IMG/VR virus record: IMGVR_UViG_3300014962_000009
Span: 1-55,836 of that record
DNA length: 55,836 bases
From: a virus
Taxonomy: Duplodnaviria > Caudoviricetes
Reading direction: 5' to 3' (one strand)
Part shown: positions 29,204-37,800 of the stretch, one piece after another
Position numbering within the stretch: position 1 is the stretch's first letter
Layout: each line of letters begins with the position of its first letter
Translations under genes and position numbers: made by a program
The notes under the pieces: generated by a model
The model's database searches: none
What the model was told of the DNA's origin: nothing
Seen by the model: only the letters and a program-made list of their open reading frames with translations

Positions 29204-32200
29204 TTAATTAACCGTCCAGATTGATTTCACTGCGCCGCCATTAGCAAAGGCAGGCGCTTGTACAAATAGACCGCCGTCAGACATATCGGGGTCAGAGTTA
29301 TATGAATTGACTTCACCGCCTTCAGCCATGCCTTGTACATGCTTCTGCAGCATCTCGTTAAAGCGGGACTCGTAGTCCACAGCACCACCTCCTGCCATGC
29401 CTGCGACATGATCTTGCAGCATTTGGTTGAAGCGGGATTCGTAATCGACTGCGCCACCTTCTGCCATGCGGACAGCGCCACCGTCTTTATATGACTGGCC
29501 TATCTTGGCAGACTCACGCATCTTAGGTGTGATGTCGATGTAATACACCTTCTCGCCCATATCAGGCCGGAACTTGCGCAAGACTTGATTGAAGATACGA
29601 GCATATTGATCATCAGACATTTGCAGCGCACTTTTACCGCCTGATAGGCTCATCATCTCCCGAATAAATCCGGGCATAGAAGTGATCTCGTCAATTTGTT
29701 TTAAGGTAAGGTCATGCATACCCTTACCAGCAGCAGGCAGCGTAGTCTCACCCACCTTGGCACCAAACTGCTTGGCATACTTGTCGAGGAAGTTCTTGTA
29801 GGTCTTGTCGTAATACTGGCGCATACCTTCGCCGCCGACTTTAAGGTCATTGCCCTCCAAAGTTTTCCAGCCAGAAAATTCTTTGGCATTAATAATTTTA
29901 TCCGCAGCATCTTTGCCAATGTAATCAGCAAGGCGATCTTTGGTCACATTTTCATATTTGATTGTGCCTTCTCCATTGGCTCTTTGAGCAGCAAAGCTCC
30001 CAGTAGATTCATTCCAAACAACTTTGTCTACTTGTTTACTCAAGTCATAACGATCAGCCTGCCGCGCACCCGTAGTCAGGTACACCCGATCCATGCCAGT
30101 GTCTGCAGCTTCTTTGACCGCACGCTTTAGTCCAAGCTGATACCAATTGTCTTTAAATGGGGCGTCGGGGACGGCTCTGTAATAAGCATTTGAAAGATCA
30201 GTAAATCTCCGCTCTTCTGCCGTTGCCTGATCCAATAATGGCCGTATCTCTTTTTGTCTAGCAGGGTTACCACTGTTTCTGTTGAATTCATTTAACAATT
30301 CTGTCGCCCTACGTCTTGCCGCAACATACTCAGGATCTTCCCAAGAAATTTGGGGCACTTTACTTTTGTATCCCTTTTCTCTCCCCTGCTGATGCCAGTC
30401 AGATTGCAGCTCATCAATCAGCAAGCCCTTCTTGCCTTCAGCGTCAGTGTGGTCAGCTACACGCAGGTGGAATAGGACGTTGGGCTCATCACCGTGGTGG
30501 GTTTGGTGCATGAAGTCCTGAACGTCGCCAGCATCAGCTCTTTCAATGGCTGCGTTGTATTCTGCCCTCGACATATTATTAATTGATGGCCGATTGCTAG
30601 GCAGTCCAACGCGGATCTCGCGGTAGTTCTCACCACCCGGCAGGTTGTATTCAGGCGCTGCATTCGGGCCAAACTTGGCTGGGCCAGAACGCATTGCCTG
30701 CTGGTACTCCTTCTCAAGCGTAGACAGATGACGCTCAATCTCAGCATACTCACGGCTATCAGAGTCGAGGTACTGCAACTCTTCCTTCAGGTTGTCAATG
30801 CTTTCGGCAATAGCGTCTAGCTTCTCATTGCTCTCAGTGCGCACTGTCTCTTGCAGTGGGATGCGATTCTGTTCTGCGGCAGCAACCAACTCCTCACGAG
30901 TTACGTTCGGACGGGAGGCCAGATCACCCAGACCAAGCTCAGTCAGGCGCTCATCGTTCACACCCGGCGTCTTCTTCATCTCAGATACAAACGCTGATCC
31001 CGGCCCCTGCTTACGCTGCACATTGAGTGCCGCCTTCTCTACGGGGTTGTAAAAGCCCAGATCATTTGCCGGAGCCTTGACCTTACCTTTGGGGCCGCTT
31101 TCAGGCACCATACTCATGCGCATCGGGGCTGTGGCCCTCTGGAGTTGCATCTCTAGAATGTCGGCAGGCGTAGGTGCCAATGCCTTAGCACCTGCCGTGC
31201 CGTACTTCAGCGCCTTCTGTGCAGCACCGGGGGCCAAGATGGCCGTGCCAAGCTCAGTCAGAGGACGCTCCTCACCCGTAGTAATGCCAGCCCTGCGCAT
31301 CAGCTCTTGAGCGCTCTCAGTGCCATAAGGCATCGTGCCCTGTGGGCCAACCTGAACCTTGGGCGCATAGCCCATGGGGGGCGTTCTCTCAGGGCCAGTA
31401 TCCATTACAGACGCAGGCTTGCGCAGGCCGGGGATTTTTGTCTGCAGCCAATCCAGTGCCTCGCCACCCATGCCGATGATGTCCATCGGAGCACCAGCAG
31501 CAAACGCCACAGGGCCACGCATCAGGATGTCGGTCAGCGCACCCGGCTTGCGCATCGATCTGCGCTCCCGTTCTATCTGAGCCTTCGCCGCATCAGACAG
31601 GTCAGTTAATGGCTGAGGGATTGTCAGTGGCTTAGGGTTGAACATCTCGCCAATCGACTGCCCCGGCTCGTTACCGCCTGCCATATGCACAGGGCCACCA
31701 TCCTTCTTGCCAGTCAATTCCTTGATGCGACGGCGGTACTCACCAATCTCGTCGAGCAATTGCTGGTCAATGATCTGCTTACCACCAACCATCTGCAGAG
31801 TGCCGAACTCGCTGCCTGCCTGCTTAGGATTAGCGCGGATGCCAGCCACCGTATCAGGGAAGGTCAGCTCATAAGGCATCAGTACATCAGTGCGGCCAAG
31901 GAACTGCCCCGGAATATCATGCGAGTAAGTCGGATGGGCTGATGGTTTCAAACCCTGTACTCCGGGCTCCATCTGCATGAGGGAATAGCCAGTCATGCCG
32001 CGTTCCATGTCCCGCAGCTCAGGCTCACTGACGGCGTGACGGACATTCAATCCGCTGGGCAGGCCAAGCTCTTCTGTTGTCTTAGTGAGCTGCATCACTG
32101 AGTTGTAATGCTTACGGGCCTCAGGATTCTCAGCCATATACAGATAAGCCGCTTCTGGATGCTCAATGCCGGGGAAGTCAGGGAACTCACCTTTGAGGTT

Positions 32201-33025
32201 GCCTGACCGGATGATTCTGTTGAAGTGGTCGATGTTGCGCTGAGTCATCTGCTCTGGCTTAGTCGCCTTTAGCAGGGCGTCGGCATAATGCTGAGCATAG
32301 TTCAGGCCCTCTGGGCCCATCGCCATAAAGTTAGCCAGCACAGGTACGCCACCGTATTGCTCAGATGCCCCAGTCACCAGACGCTGGAATTTGGCGGCAG
32401 GAACCAAGCCAGACGCCCAGCCCGCCTCCTCAGGATGACCAAGGCCAAACCGTGGGCCACCGTACTGACGGGACGGGGCACGTAAGCCCTCGCCACCAAT
32501 GCCAAAGATGTCGTAGTCAGAGATCGAGATATCACCCGGCAATGACAGCATCACGCTGCCTTTGTGCGGCTCCAAATCAATTACGCCAGCCTCTGGCACC
32601 TCCCGGCTGCGCTGAATATCGTGCTCAAGTTCCCGCTCTAAATCGAACTGCTTACGGCTTTTGCCTGCCACGCTGACAGATTCTCCGGGCTTGATGCGGA
32701 CGAACTCGCCCAGCATCTGCGGGGCTATGCGCTCAGCAATCGCACTGATCTCAGCTTTGGTCTTTGGCTTAGCACGGGCAGGCTTCGGGCTCGGGCCCTT
32801 AGACTTACCTTTGGTTGCAACGGGGCCAAGGTCAGCGGGGCGCAACCGGGCAAGCTCTTCGCCTTGTTTCGCAGCCATCTCAGCAATGTACTGGCGCTCA
32901 GCAAGCGACAACTGTTTGCCAGCCTTAGTAAGTTGACTGATGTCCTGCGCAGCCTCGCCAGCCTTCTCAGCGCCTCGGGCTGTTTCAAATAGTTTCTTGA
33001 AGTCTTTAGGGCTAGGCATAGTCAC
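29204..33025 (-). CDS. Large multidomain (polyvalent-like) cargo protein punctuated by xxxGG motifs
   Basis: 1273 aa. GGENYRE...H.R...IDELQSDWHQ...PDAPF...GMRQYYD domain; motifs KKDGG, MAGG, YKDGG, MAEGG (twice), MAGGG, FANGG. Confidence 0.6.
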   Translation of the reverse strand: MTMPSPKDFKKLFETARGAEKAGEAAQDISQLTKAGKQLSLAERQYIAEMAAKQGEELARLRPADLGPVATKGKSKGPSPKPARAKPKTKAEISAIAERIAPQMLGEFVRIKPGESVSVAGKSRKQFDLERELEHDIQRSREVPEAGVIDLEPHKGSVMLSLPGDISISDYDIFGIGGEGLRAPSRQYGGPRFGLGHPEEAGWASGLVPAAKFQRLVTGASEQYGGVPVLANFMAMGPEGLNYAQHYADALLKATKPEQMTQRNIDHFNRIIRSGNLKGEFPDFPGIEHPEAAYLYMAENPEARKHYNSVMQLTKTTEELGLPSGLNVRHAVSEPELRDMERGMTGYSLMQMEPGVQGLKPSAHPTYSHDIPGQFLGRTDVLMPYELTFPDTVAGIRANPKQAGSEFGTLQMVGGKQIIDQQLLDEIGEYRRRIKELTGKKDGGPVHMAGGNEPGQSIGEMFNPKPLTIPQPLTDLSDAAKAQIERERRSMRKPGALTDILMRGPVAFAAGAPMDIIGMGGEALDWLQTKIPGLRKPASVMDTGPERTPPMGYAPKVQVGPQGTMPYGTESAQELMRRAGITTGEERPLTELGTAILAPGAAQKALKYGTAGAKALAPTPADILEMQLQRATAPMRMSMVPESGPKGKVKAPANDLGFYNPVEKAALNVQRKQGPGSAFVSEMKKTPGVNDERLTELGLGDLASRPNVTREELVAAAEQNRIPLQETVRTESNEKLDAIAESIDNLKEELQYLDSDSREYAEIERHLSTLEKEYQQAMRSGPAKFGPNAAPEYNLPGGENYREIRVGLPSNRPSINNMSRAEYNAAIERADAGDVQDFMHQTHHGDEPNVLFHLRVADHTDAEGKKGLLIDELQSDWHQQGREKGYKSKVPQISWEDPEYVAARRRATELLNEFNRNSGNPARQKEIRPLLDQATAEERRFTDLSNAYYRAVPDAPFKDNWYQLGLKRAVKEAADTGMDRVYLTTGARQADRYDLSKQVDKVVWNESTGSFAAQRANGEGTIKYENVTKDRLADYIGKDAADKIINAKEFSGWKTLEGNDLKVGGEGMRQYYDKTYKNFLDKYAKQFGAKVGETTLPAAGKGMHDLTLKQIDEITSMPGFIREMMSLSGGKSALQMSDDQYARIFNQVLRKFRPDMGEKVYYIDITPKMRESAKIGQSYKDGGAVRMAEGGAVDYESRFNQMLQDHVAGMAGGGAVDYESRFNEMLQKHVQGMAEGGEVNSYNSDPDMSDGGLFVQAPAFANGGAVKSIWTVN

Positions 33026-34458
33026 ACCGCGTAAGGGTTAGAGCGCTTGCGGCTCGGCTCGACGTAATCGTCATCGTCATCCACAGGGCGCGGGTCAATG
33101 TCAAGCCAGCCCGCATCACGCAAGTATCTCAAAGCCTGAGTGCAACTGTCCACATAATCGTCATGCGTTGACTCTGGGAAAGAGCAGATCTGACTTACGA
33201 ATCCTTCCGCCCAGTCCCTGACGTATCCCTTGCGCACTGAGCTTTCAGGTATCCATACGCGCCTGTGGGCGATGATATTAGCGACGATGCTAAGTCGCTG
33301 GATCTTATCGGCCTTGCCGGGGTTGTACGCCCTGACTGGGAGATGCGCTCGTTGTAAGTCTTGGATCAGGGATATGCCAGACGCCTTGTCCTCAATAAGA
33401 ATAAGATCCACCTTCTTGCCGCCGGTGAAGTTTCCTCGGCTTTCTTCCTCGGGATCAGCGCCGAAGGAGACTTTGTATTCCTCAATAACTTTCGGACGTA
33501 AATCCGGGTACTGAAGCCGATCCTGCCATGCATCGATGAGCATGACGCCCATGGGGCCGTCTTCGGGTTTAAACACTCCCCAAGTAGTCGCAGCCGTCGG
33601 GTCATTGACAGTCTTTTCCGTGTATGCGCAGTCATAGCTTTGTAGGATGAATTCAAACTTAGGGAAGTTCTTGTGTGTGGGCCAGAGCCGGAACATCTCC
33701 CGCTTAACCATGCCTGACTCTTCGGGGTCGATCAGTTCAGCCTCGATCTCCTGACGGCCAAGCTTAGTGCCTTCGTACTGCAGGATCTGCTTCTTGAAGT
33801 TATCAGCGAGGTTGTCGATGTTGGCATACGTCGAGGCGCGGGTGATCACCACATCGTCGCCTTCACGGCCCACCAGCTCCACGATCAGATCCTTTGGCCT
33901 CGGGGTAGTAGTGCAGATCAGCCTGACCTTCTTACCCAGACGCAGACCGAACTGCATCATGTCCCATGCGTCTTGCAGGTAATCCCATGCAGCCAACTCG
34001 TCACACCATCCGCCATGAAACTGTGGGCCCCGGAAGCGCTCAGGCTCAGATGCCGGAATGCCTTTGATCAGGCTCCCATTGATCAGAATCAACTCATGAA
34101 GCGCCTTGTTGTAATCCTTGACTAGTGAACTGGGGATGACTGAAAGCAGGCCAGAGTCCCCCTCAAAGCAAGTGCCACGCACGTCAGCAGAGGTTGGGGC
34201 TGCCACCACCCAGCGGGTATTGGGATTGCTCCACGCCCACCAGCCGAGCTCTTCGGCAGCCGTTCGGGTTTTGCCAGCGCCTCGGCCAGCCAGCATCAGC
34301 CAGATGTCCCACCAGTCTCCCGGCGGTTTGACTTGGTGCGCATGAGCTTTGGTGAGCCACAAGGAACGCCACTCGAAGGCGGCGCGGTAATTGGCAGGCA
34401 GCTTAGTGTATTGCTGGCGTAGCTCAGGATCCTTGAGCAGTTCGACAATGCCCGTCAT
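33022..34458 (-). CDS. terL: Terminase large subunit (Terminase_6-like)
   Basis: Walker A AGRGAGKT, Walker B WCDELAAW, TTTP, nuclease SYD.A, IEDKASG, HDD.VD. Confidence 0.95.
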   Translation of the reverse strand: MTGIVELLKDPELRQQYTKLPANYRAAFEWRSLWLTKAHAHQVKPPGDWWDIWLMLAGRGAGKTRTAAEELGWWAWSNPNTRWVVAAPTSADVRGTCFEGDSGLLSVIPSSLVKDYNKALHELILINGSLIKGIPASEPERFRGPQFHGGWCDELAAWDYLQDAWDMMQFGLRLGKKVRLICTTTPRPKDLIVELVGREGDDVVITRASTYANIDNLADNFKKQILQYEGTKLGRQEIEAELIDPEESGMVKREMFRLWPTHKNFPKFEFILQSYDCAYTEKTVNDPTAATTWGVFKPEDGPMGVMLIDAWQDRLQYPDLRPKVIEEYKVSFGADPEEESRGNFTGGKKVDLILIEDKASGISLIQDLQRAHLPVRAYNPGKADKIQRLSIVANIIAHRRVWIPESSVRKGYVRDWAEGFVSQICSFPESTHDDYVDSCTQALRYLRDAGWLDIDPRPVDDDDDYVEPSRKRSNPYAV

Positions 34459-34757
34459 TGCTTGACAAAGATGCCTTCCTTATTCATGTAGCCTTTGCGG
34501 TCTTTGATCTCTTCGTAAGCGGCCTTCAGGCAGCGGGTCAGATCCAGATCCTCAAGGGCGGCCACATTGATCAGGCAGACCAGAACGTCCCCTAAACCGT
34601 CAATGATGCCATCCCTGTCGCGGGCTTCGAGCGCCTGCTTGAGCTCAGCCATCTCCTCCTCGGCCTTCTTGTGCTGGGCAAGCGAAGTGCTGTTTGGGAT
34701 GATCTTACGATCCTCAGACCAGCGGATAACGTCCAGCTCTACAATGTTCCAACTCAT
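34455..34757 (-). CDS. MazG-like NTP pyrophosphohydrolase
   Basis: K..EE..EL...DGLGD.LV.L...C...AY.EIKDRKG....G.FVK. Confidence 0.85.
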   Translation of the reverse strand: MSWNIVELDVIRWSEDRKIIPNSTSLAQHKKAEEEMAELKQALEARDRDGIIDGLGDVLVCLINVAALEDLDLTRCLKAAYEEIKDRKGYMNKEGIFVKQ

Positions 34758-34987
34758 CTTTGTTCCCTTTGGCGAATAGCTTCTGCATTTGAAAGCAGCA
34801 CATCAAAAACCATCCCCCCATGAACGCATTTCTCAGCATTTGCGTCGAGAATGGCGGCGCAAGCCTCGCGCTCTGCTGTTGCGACTAGCTTGGCAAAGCG
34901 AGAAAGCTCACTGACTGTCTTATCCCAGCCCTCTGGACTCCAGCCGTTTGCTTTTTCATATAGCCTGACAATATCCTCATCGGTCAT
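34754..34987 (-). CDS. Hypothetical protein (EREACA family)
   Basis: RFA.LVA.AEREACA...A.AIR.R. Confidence 0.65.
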   Translation of the reverse strand: MTDEDIVRLYEKANGWSPEGWDKTVSELSRFAKLVATAEREACAAILDANAEKCVHGGMVFDVLLSNAEAIRQREQR

Positions 34988-35178
34988 CTATGTCTCCCAT
35001 AAACCGCAGCCATCAGGCGGCTAACCTTCTCTGGCGGCGTAAGGCCCCTGCTCTTATATATGCTCTCAGAACGGCAGGCTAGGCAGTCAGCGCAGATCCA
35101 GCGCCTAGTCCGGCGAAGCTTCCTGTCCTCTCCGCCCTCTTCAGTCTTCTTGCTCTGGCAGGATGTGCAGAATCTCAT
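34984..35178 (-). CDS. Small Zn-ribbon protein A
   Basis: FCTSC...RRWICADC. Confidence 0.65.
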   Translation of the reverse strand: MRFCTSCQSKKTEEGGEDRKLRRTRRWICADCLACRSESIYKSRGLTPPEKVSRLMAAVYGRHR

Positions 35179-35693
35179 TTGGCCTTTGCTTGCTTATTGA
35201 GCTCAAGGTTCTGCAGCAGGGTGTCGAAGATCTTGGACTCCACATTCACCTCTAGCGGGTTCTCAGCGTCACCAGCAAGGATCTGGCGCTCACCATACTT
35301 CTTTGGCTTCAGCTTGGCTGCAATCCACTTCCGAGCGTCTATGCGGTTCTTCTGCCATGTCACCCACCCGCTATCAGTGCGGCTCACACCCTTGTCATCA
35401 ACAACCTCAGCAGGCGGCTCGTCAGCAATTGCTTGTATTTCATCAGCAAGCGTATCTGCCTGCTCATCCCTAGCTCTCGCGTAGTTCTCTGAAAATTGCT
35501 TATTCTGCAACAGCCAAAGATAGACAGTGCTTTGTACTGGCATCTTCTCTTCCATGCATATTTGTCTCAGTGATTCTCCACATGAGATTCTTGTGCATAT
35601 CTCTGCTGCTAGTACGGGATCGTATTCTGTCTTGCGCCCGGCTCTTTTTCGGGGCTTTGGTTGCGCTTCGGCAACTGTAGTGGGATCAGACAT
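35175..35693 (-). CDS. terS: Terminase small subunit
   Basis: IC..I..GESLR.IC...MP...TVY.WL...F...YARAR...ID.RKW.A.KL.PKKYG (Sf6/P22-type TerS). Confidence 0.9.
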   Translation of the reverse strand: MSDPTTVAEAQPKPRKRAGRKTEYDPVLAAEICTRISCGESLRQICMEEKMPVQSTVYLWLLQNKQFSENYARARDEQADTLADEIQAIADEPPAEVVDDKGVSRTDSGWVTWQKNRIDARKWIAAKLKPKKYGERQILAGDAENPLEVNVESKIFDTLLQNLELNKQAKAK

Positions 35694-35745
35694 ATCTCAG
35701 TCCTATTGGGTGATTATGAGTGCTGAGAGTGTAATGTCAGGTTGG

Positions 35746-35970
35746 TTAATGCGCAACGTCACTAGAATGCTCTAGTGCGTTAATGGCTATTTTGACCATC
35801 TCACTGACTGCTCTGGTGTGGTTTGCAGTGACGTTCGGGACTTCAGCGATCATCTCTAATGCGTGAAGCAAACGGTCAATTGTTTTTGAGGCGGCGAACA
35901 TGTCATCAGATATCTGACTCAGCGCCACCTTGGCTTTTACGAGATCCAGCTCGGATAAATAGTCTGACAT
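35746..35970 (-). CDS. Hypothetical protein
   Basis: 74 aa helical ORF with RBS. Confidence 0.5.
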   Translation of the reverse strand: MSDYLSELDLVKAKVALSQISDDMFAASKTIDRLLHALEMIAEVPNVTANHTRAVSEMVKIAINALEHSSDVAH

Positions 35971-36011
35971 CTTTCCCTCTTTAAGGTATTCGATTTAATT
36001 GTTTCTTGCGG

Positions 36012-36218
36012 TTAATGCATGAACATCTTCTTGATGAATTCTGCCGCTGCTCCCGGCCCTAATAGAACCATGATCATAACGCCATACAACAGGTACTCAA
36101 TCTTTTGCATCCGGTCAGCGCCCTTTTCGAGCTGCTCTTCTATCTTCTTCGATCTTTCGTTACAGATTGCCTCGTGAATGGCAAAGCGGGTTTCCAAATC
36201 GTGATCCATTTCAATCAA
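36012..36218 (-). CDS. Small coiled-coil plus single-TM membrane protein
   Basis: HEAIC.ER...RM.KIE.LLY..MI.VLLGPG. Confidence 0.65.
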   Translation of the reverse strand: MIEMDHDLETRFAIHEAICNERSKKIEEQLEKGADRMQKIEYLLYGVMIMVLLGPGAAAEFIKKMFMH

Positions 36219-36390
36219 ACCCCCGCAGAGTTTTGGCTAAGCGGGCACGTTGACCTACCTTGCCGGGTTTCTTTGCGGCAGCTTCGAGTTTCTTTGCGGG
36301 AATGTTCTTTCCCTCGGGAACTTTAAGCGCTTTGCGCAGCGATCCCGGTTGCTGAATTGCCTTCTGTATCCACTTCTCCGACATTTTCAT
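36211..36390 (-). CDS. Small basic conserved phage protein
   Basis: KWIQKAI..PG.LR..L....G..IP..KL..AA..PG..G.RARLA.TL. Confidence 0.7.
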   Translation of the reverse strand: MKMSEKWIQKAIQQPGSLRKALKVPEGKNIPAKKLEAAAKKPGKVGQRARLAKTLRGFD

Positions 36391-36547
36391 TCCCCTGAGC
36401 AATAGGCAACTGAGGCGTAGCCTGCAATTGAATATTGTTGATCATTGGAGCCGACTGGTTAAAAGGCAAGGTGCCCAGTAACGTCAACAGATGATTAACC
36501 TCTTCAAGATTATATTGCAGCGTAATGTGGATGTCTTTGTTTTCCAT
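36323..36547 (-). CDS. Hypothetical protein
   Basis: EEVN.LL..LG.LPF.Q....I..I..QA.PQ. Confidence 0.55.
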   Translation of the reverse strand: MENKDIHITLQYNLEEVNHLLTLLGTLPFNQSAPMINNIQLQATPQLPIAQGNENVGEVDTEGNSATGIAAQSA

Positions 36548-36565
36548 TGTCAATCCTGAATTGGT

Positions 36566-36630
36566 GGGTCAGGCTGCAGTGTTGGGGTGAACTGACCAAA
36601 GTCCCCATAACCAGCACCGCAGCCCTTCCC
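36566..36630 (-). ncRNA. Long imperfect hairpin (leader, or last unit of the RNA array)
   Basis: GGGCTGCGGTGCTGG...CCAACACTGCAGCCT; TATAAT just upstream at 36637-36642. Confidence 0.4.
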
Positions 36631-36658
36631 GTTAAGATTATATGCCACCTATAAGTTA

Positions 36659-36737
36659 GGTTGTTGGCAAGCTTTTACAGTCGAGCCTACTTGTCCGTAT
36701 TCTTTCAACGGTGAGCTGATAGCTGTGCTTACCAACA
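36659..36737 (-). ncRNA. RNA array unit A
   Basis: Closing stem TGTTGGTAAGC...GCTTGCCAACA. Confidence 0.55.
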
Positions 36738-36816
36738 CGGCTGAGGACTGGCGCACAACGTCAACCAGCGAACCGATCTTTAGTTGCACTTGTAACCAAT
36801 CCTCATGCGTGTTGGT
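36731..36816 (-). ncRNA. RNA array unit B (ACGCATG/CAGCCGT scaffold)
   Basis: ACCAACACGCATGAGGATTGG-[44 nt]-CCAGTCCTCAGCCGTGTTGGT. Confidence 0.65.
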
Positions 36817-36932
36817 TGTTGGTGGCCGGTGCTGATCTCCGGCTTACTGCGTCCTCTCGCACTTCCCGCAGTCGGTACTTCGACAAAAGCTTTAGTGAGG
36901 AACGGGCGTATCAGCCTACGCATTCACCAACA
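36817..36932 (-). ncRNA. RNA array unit C, tRNA-like scaffold with loop-loop pairing
   Basis: TGTTGGTG-AAT-GCGTA-GGCTGA-TACGC...GCCGG-AGATCAGCA-CCGGC-CACCAACA; the loops GCTGA and TCAGC are complementary. Confidence 0.7.
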
Positions 36933-37005
36933 CGGCTGGAAAGGCTGCACCCATCGGCCGTGTGCGATATGCCACTGTCACCCTTCGCCTCCCCATGCGT
37001 CTTAG
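36927..37005 (-). ncRNA. RNA array unit D (second ACGCATG/CAGCCGT scaffold)
   Basis: CTAAGACGCATGGGGAGGC-[41 nt]-GCCTTTCCAGCCGTGTTGG. Confidence 0.6.
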
Positions 37006-37092
37006 CCCCCGTCTTTCCGGGGTGTCAGGTACTCGCTGCGTCTGTGGCGAGGCGCTCTCCCCGCTGCGGCTTTCACAGCATCCGCTTTCCCC
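37006..37092 (-). ncRNA. RNA array unit E plus small hairpin
   Basis: GGGAAAGCGGATGCTGTG...CACAGACGCAGCGAGTACC, then CCCCG-GAAAGA-CGGGG. Confidence 0.5.
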
Positions 37093-37114
37093 AATCACTA
37101 CTTTAACTCAAGCT

Positions 37115-37312
37115 TTACACTTCTTCCACTGTTACCCTGTATTTCTTGCCGTACCGATCCTCAACGTCAAGGATCTTCTTGGTGGATAGGAAGGCTCCAG
37201 AAGCCGCCAGATGAAGCTGTGGGGCTGAAACGCTGGATAAGAGCTTCTCTACATCATTCGCCTTCAGATTGCCCCGTATAAGGGCTGCAATGTAATCACA
37301 GTAAGCCAGCAT
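37115..37312 (-). CDS. Hypothetical protein
   Basis: 65 aa, STKK...V.D..G..YRVTVEE. Confidence 0.6.
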   Translation of the reverse strand: MLAYCDYIAALIRGNLKANDVEKLLSSVSAPQLHLAASGAFLSTKKILDVEDRYGKKYRVTVEEV

Positions 37313-37474
37313 TTAATCCTCCAGCATCTCACGCAGGTTCTCAATAGCCTCTTCAGGCGTAGCACCATGCGCACATGGATCATCGCCATTGCAGCCTTTC
37401 TCGTAGGCAACGTAAGCCCACTGCGGGAACAGGAAAGCGCCGTCAGACTCCCAAGCTTCGTATTCTTTTTTCAT
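37313..37474 (-). CDS. HicB-like N-terminal domain protein (53 aa)
   Basis: Start ATG at 37474 after RBS AGGAG; GATPEEAIENLREML matches the HicB G.T.EEA..N signature. Confidence 0.55.
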   Translation of the reverse strand: MKKEYEAWESDGAFLFPQWAYVAYEKGCNGDDPCAHGATPEEAIENLREMLED

Positions 37475-37547
37475 GGTCAGTTCTCCTGTTCGCATCCGAT
37501 CAAGTGATCGTAGGTGTAATCTTAGGTTAAACAATTAACCTCGTCAA
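37475..37547 (-). promoter_or_regulatory. Early sigma70 promoter plus conserved leader, copy 1
   Basis: TTGACG-17 bp-TAAGAT; leader CGATCACTTGATCG-GATGCGAAC-AGGAGAACTGACC-ATG. Confidence 0.75.
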
Positions 37548-37641
37548 CACTTTTTTTAAATAACCCCAATGATTACCATAATGGTAACCATCAGAGTCAT
37601 GATGGCTATGCCAGCCAGTACTATGTAATCGGGATCCATGG

Positions 37642-37788
37642 TCAGAACCAGAGATAGAAGCCGTGGAGAATGCCGATAGGGAACATGATCGCCCCGGCAA
37701 TCAGGAAGCCCCACAAGCCATCTGCGAAGCAAGTAAAGACGTGTGTCAGCCATGCCGCAAAACATGTCAGTCCAATAATCCAGCCCAT
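37642..37788 (-). CDS. Small two-TM membrane protein (48 aa)
   Basis: MGWIIGLTCFAAWLTHVFTCFADGLWGFLIAGAIMFPIGILHGFYLWF. Confidence 0.65.
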   Translation of the reverse strand: MGWIIGLTCFAAWLTHVFTCFADGLWGFLIAGAIMFPIGILHGFYLWF

Positions 37789-37800
37789 AATTCCCCCTAA

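Noticed and set aside
36817-36932. Canonical tRNA gene
   Set aside because: Ends in CCACCA and has arm-like hairpins, but lacks TTCRA and an anticodon arm.
36659-37005. CRISPR array
   Set aside because: The units are stem-closed structures of different types, not identical direct repeats with regular spacers, and there is no cas operon. The PD-(D/E)xK gene at 48301 looks like an ordinary phage exonuclease.
36805-37189. ORF-track ORFs over the RNA array
   Set aside because: No RBS or recognisable motifs, mostly antisense to the local transcription direction; better explained by GC-rich stems.
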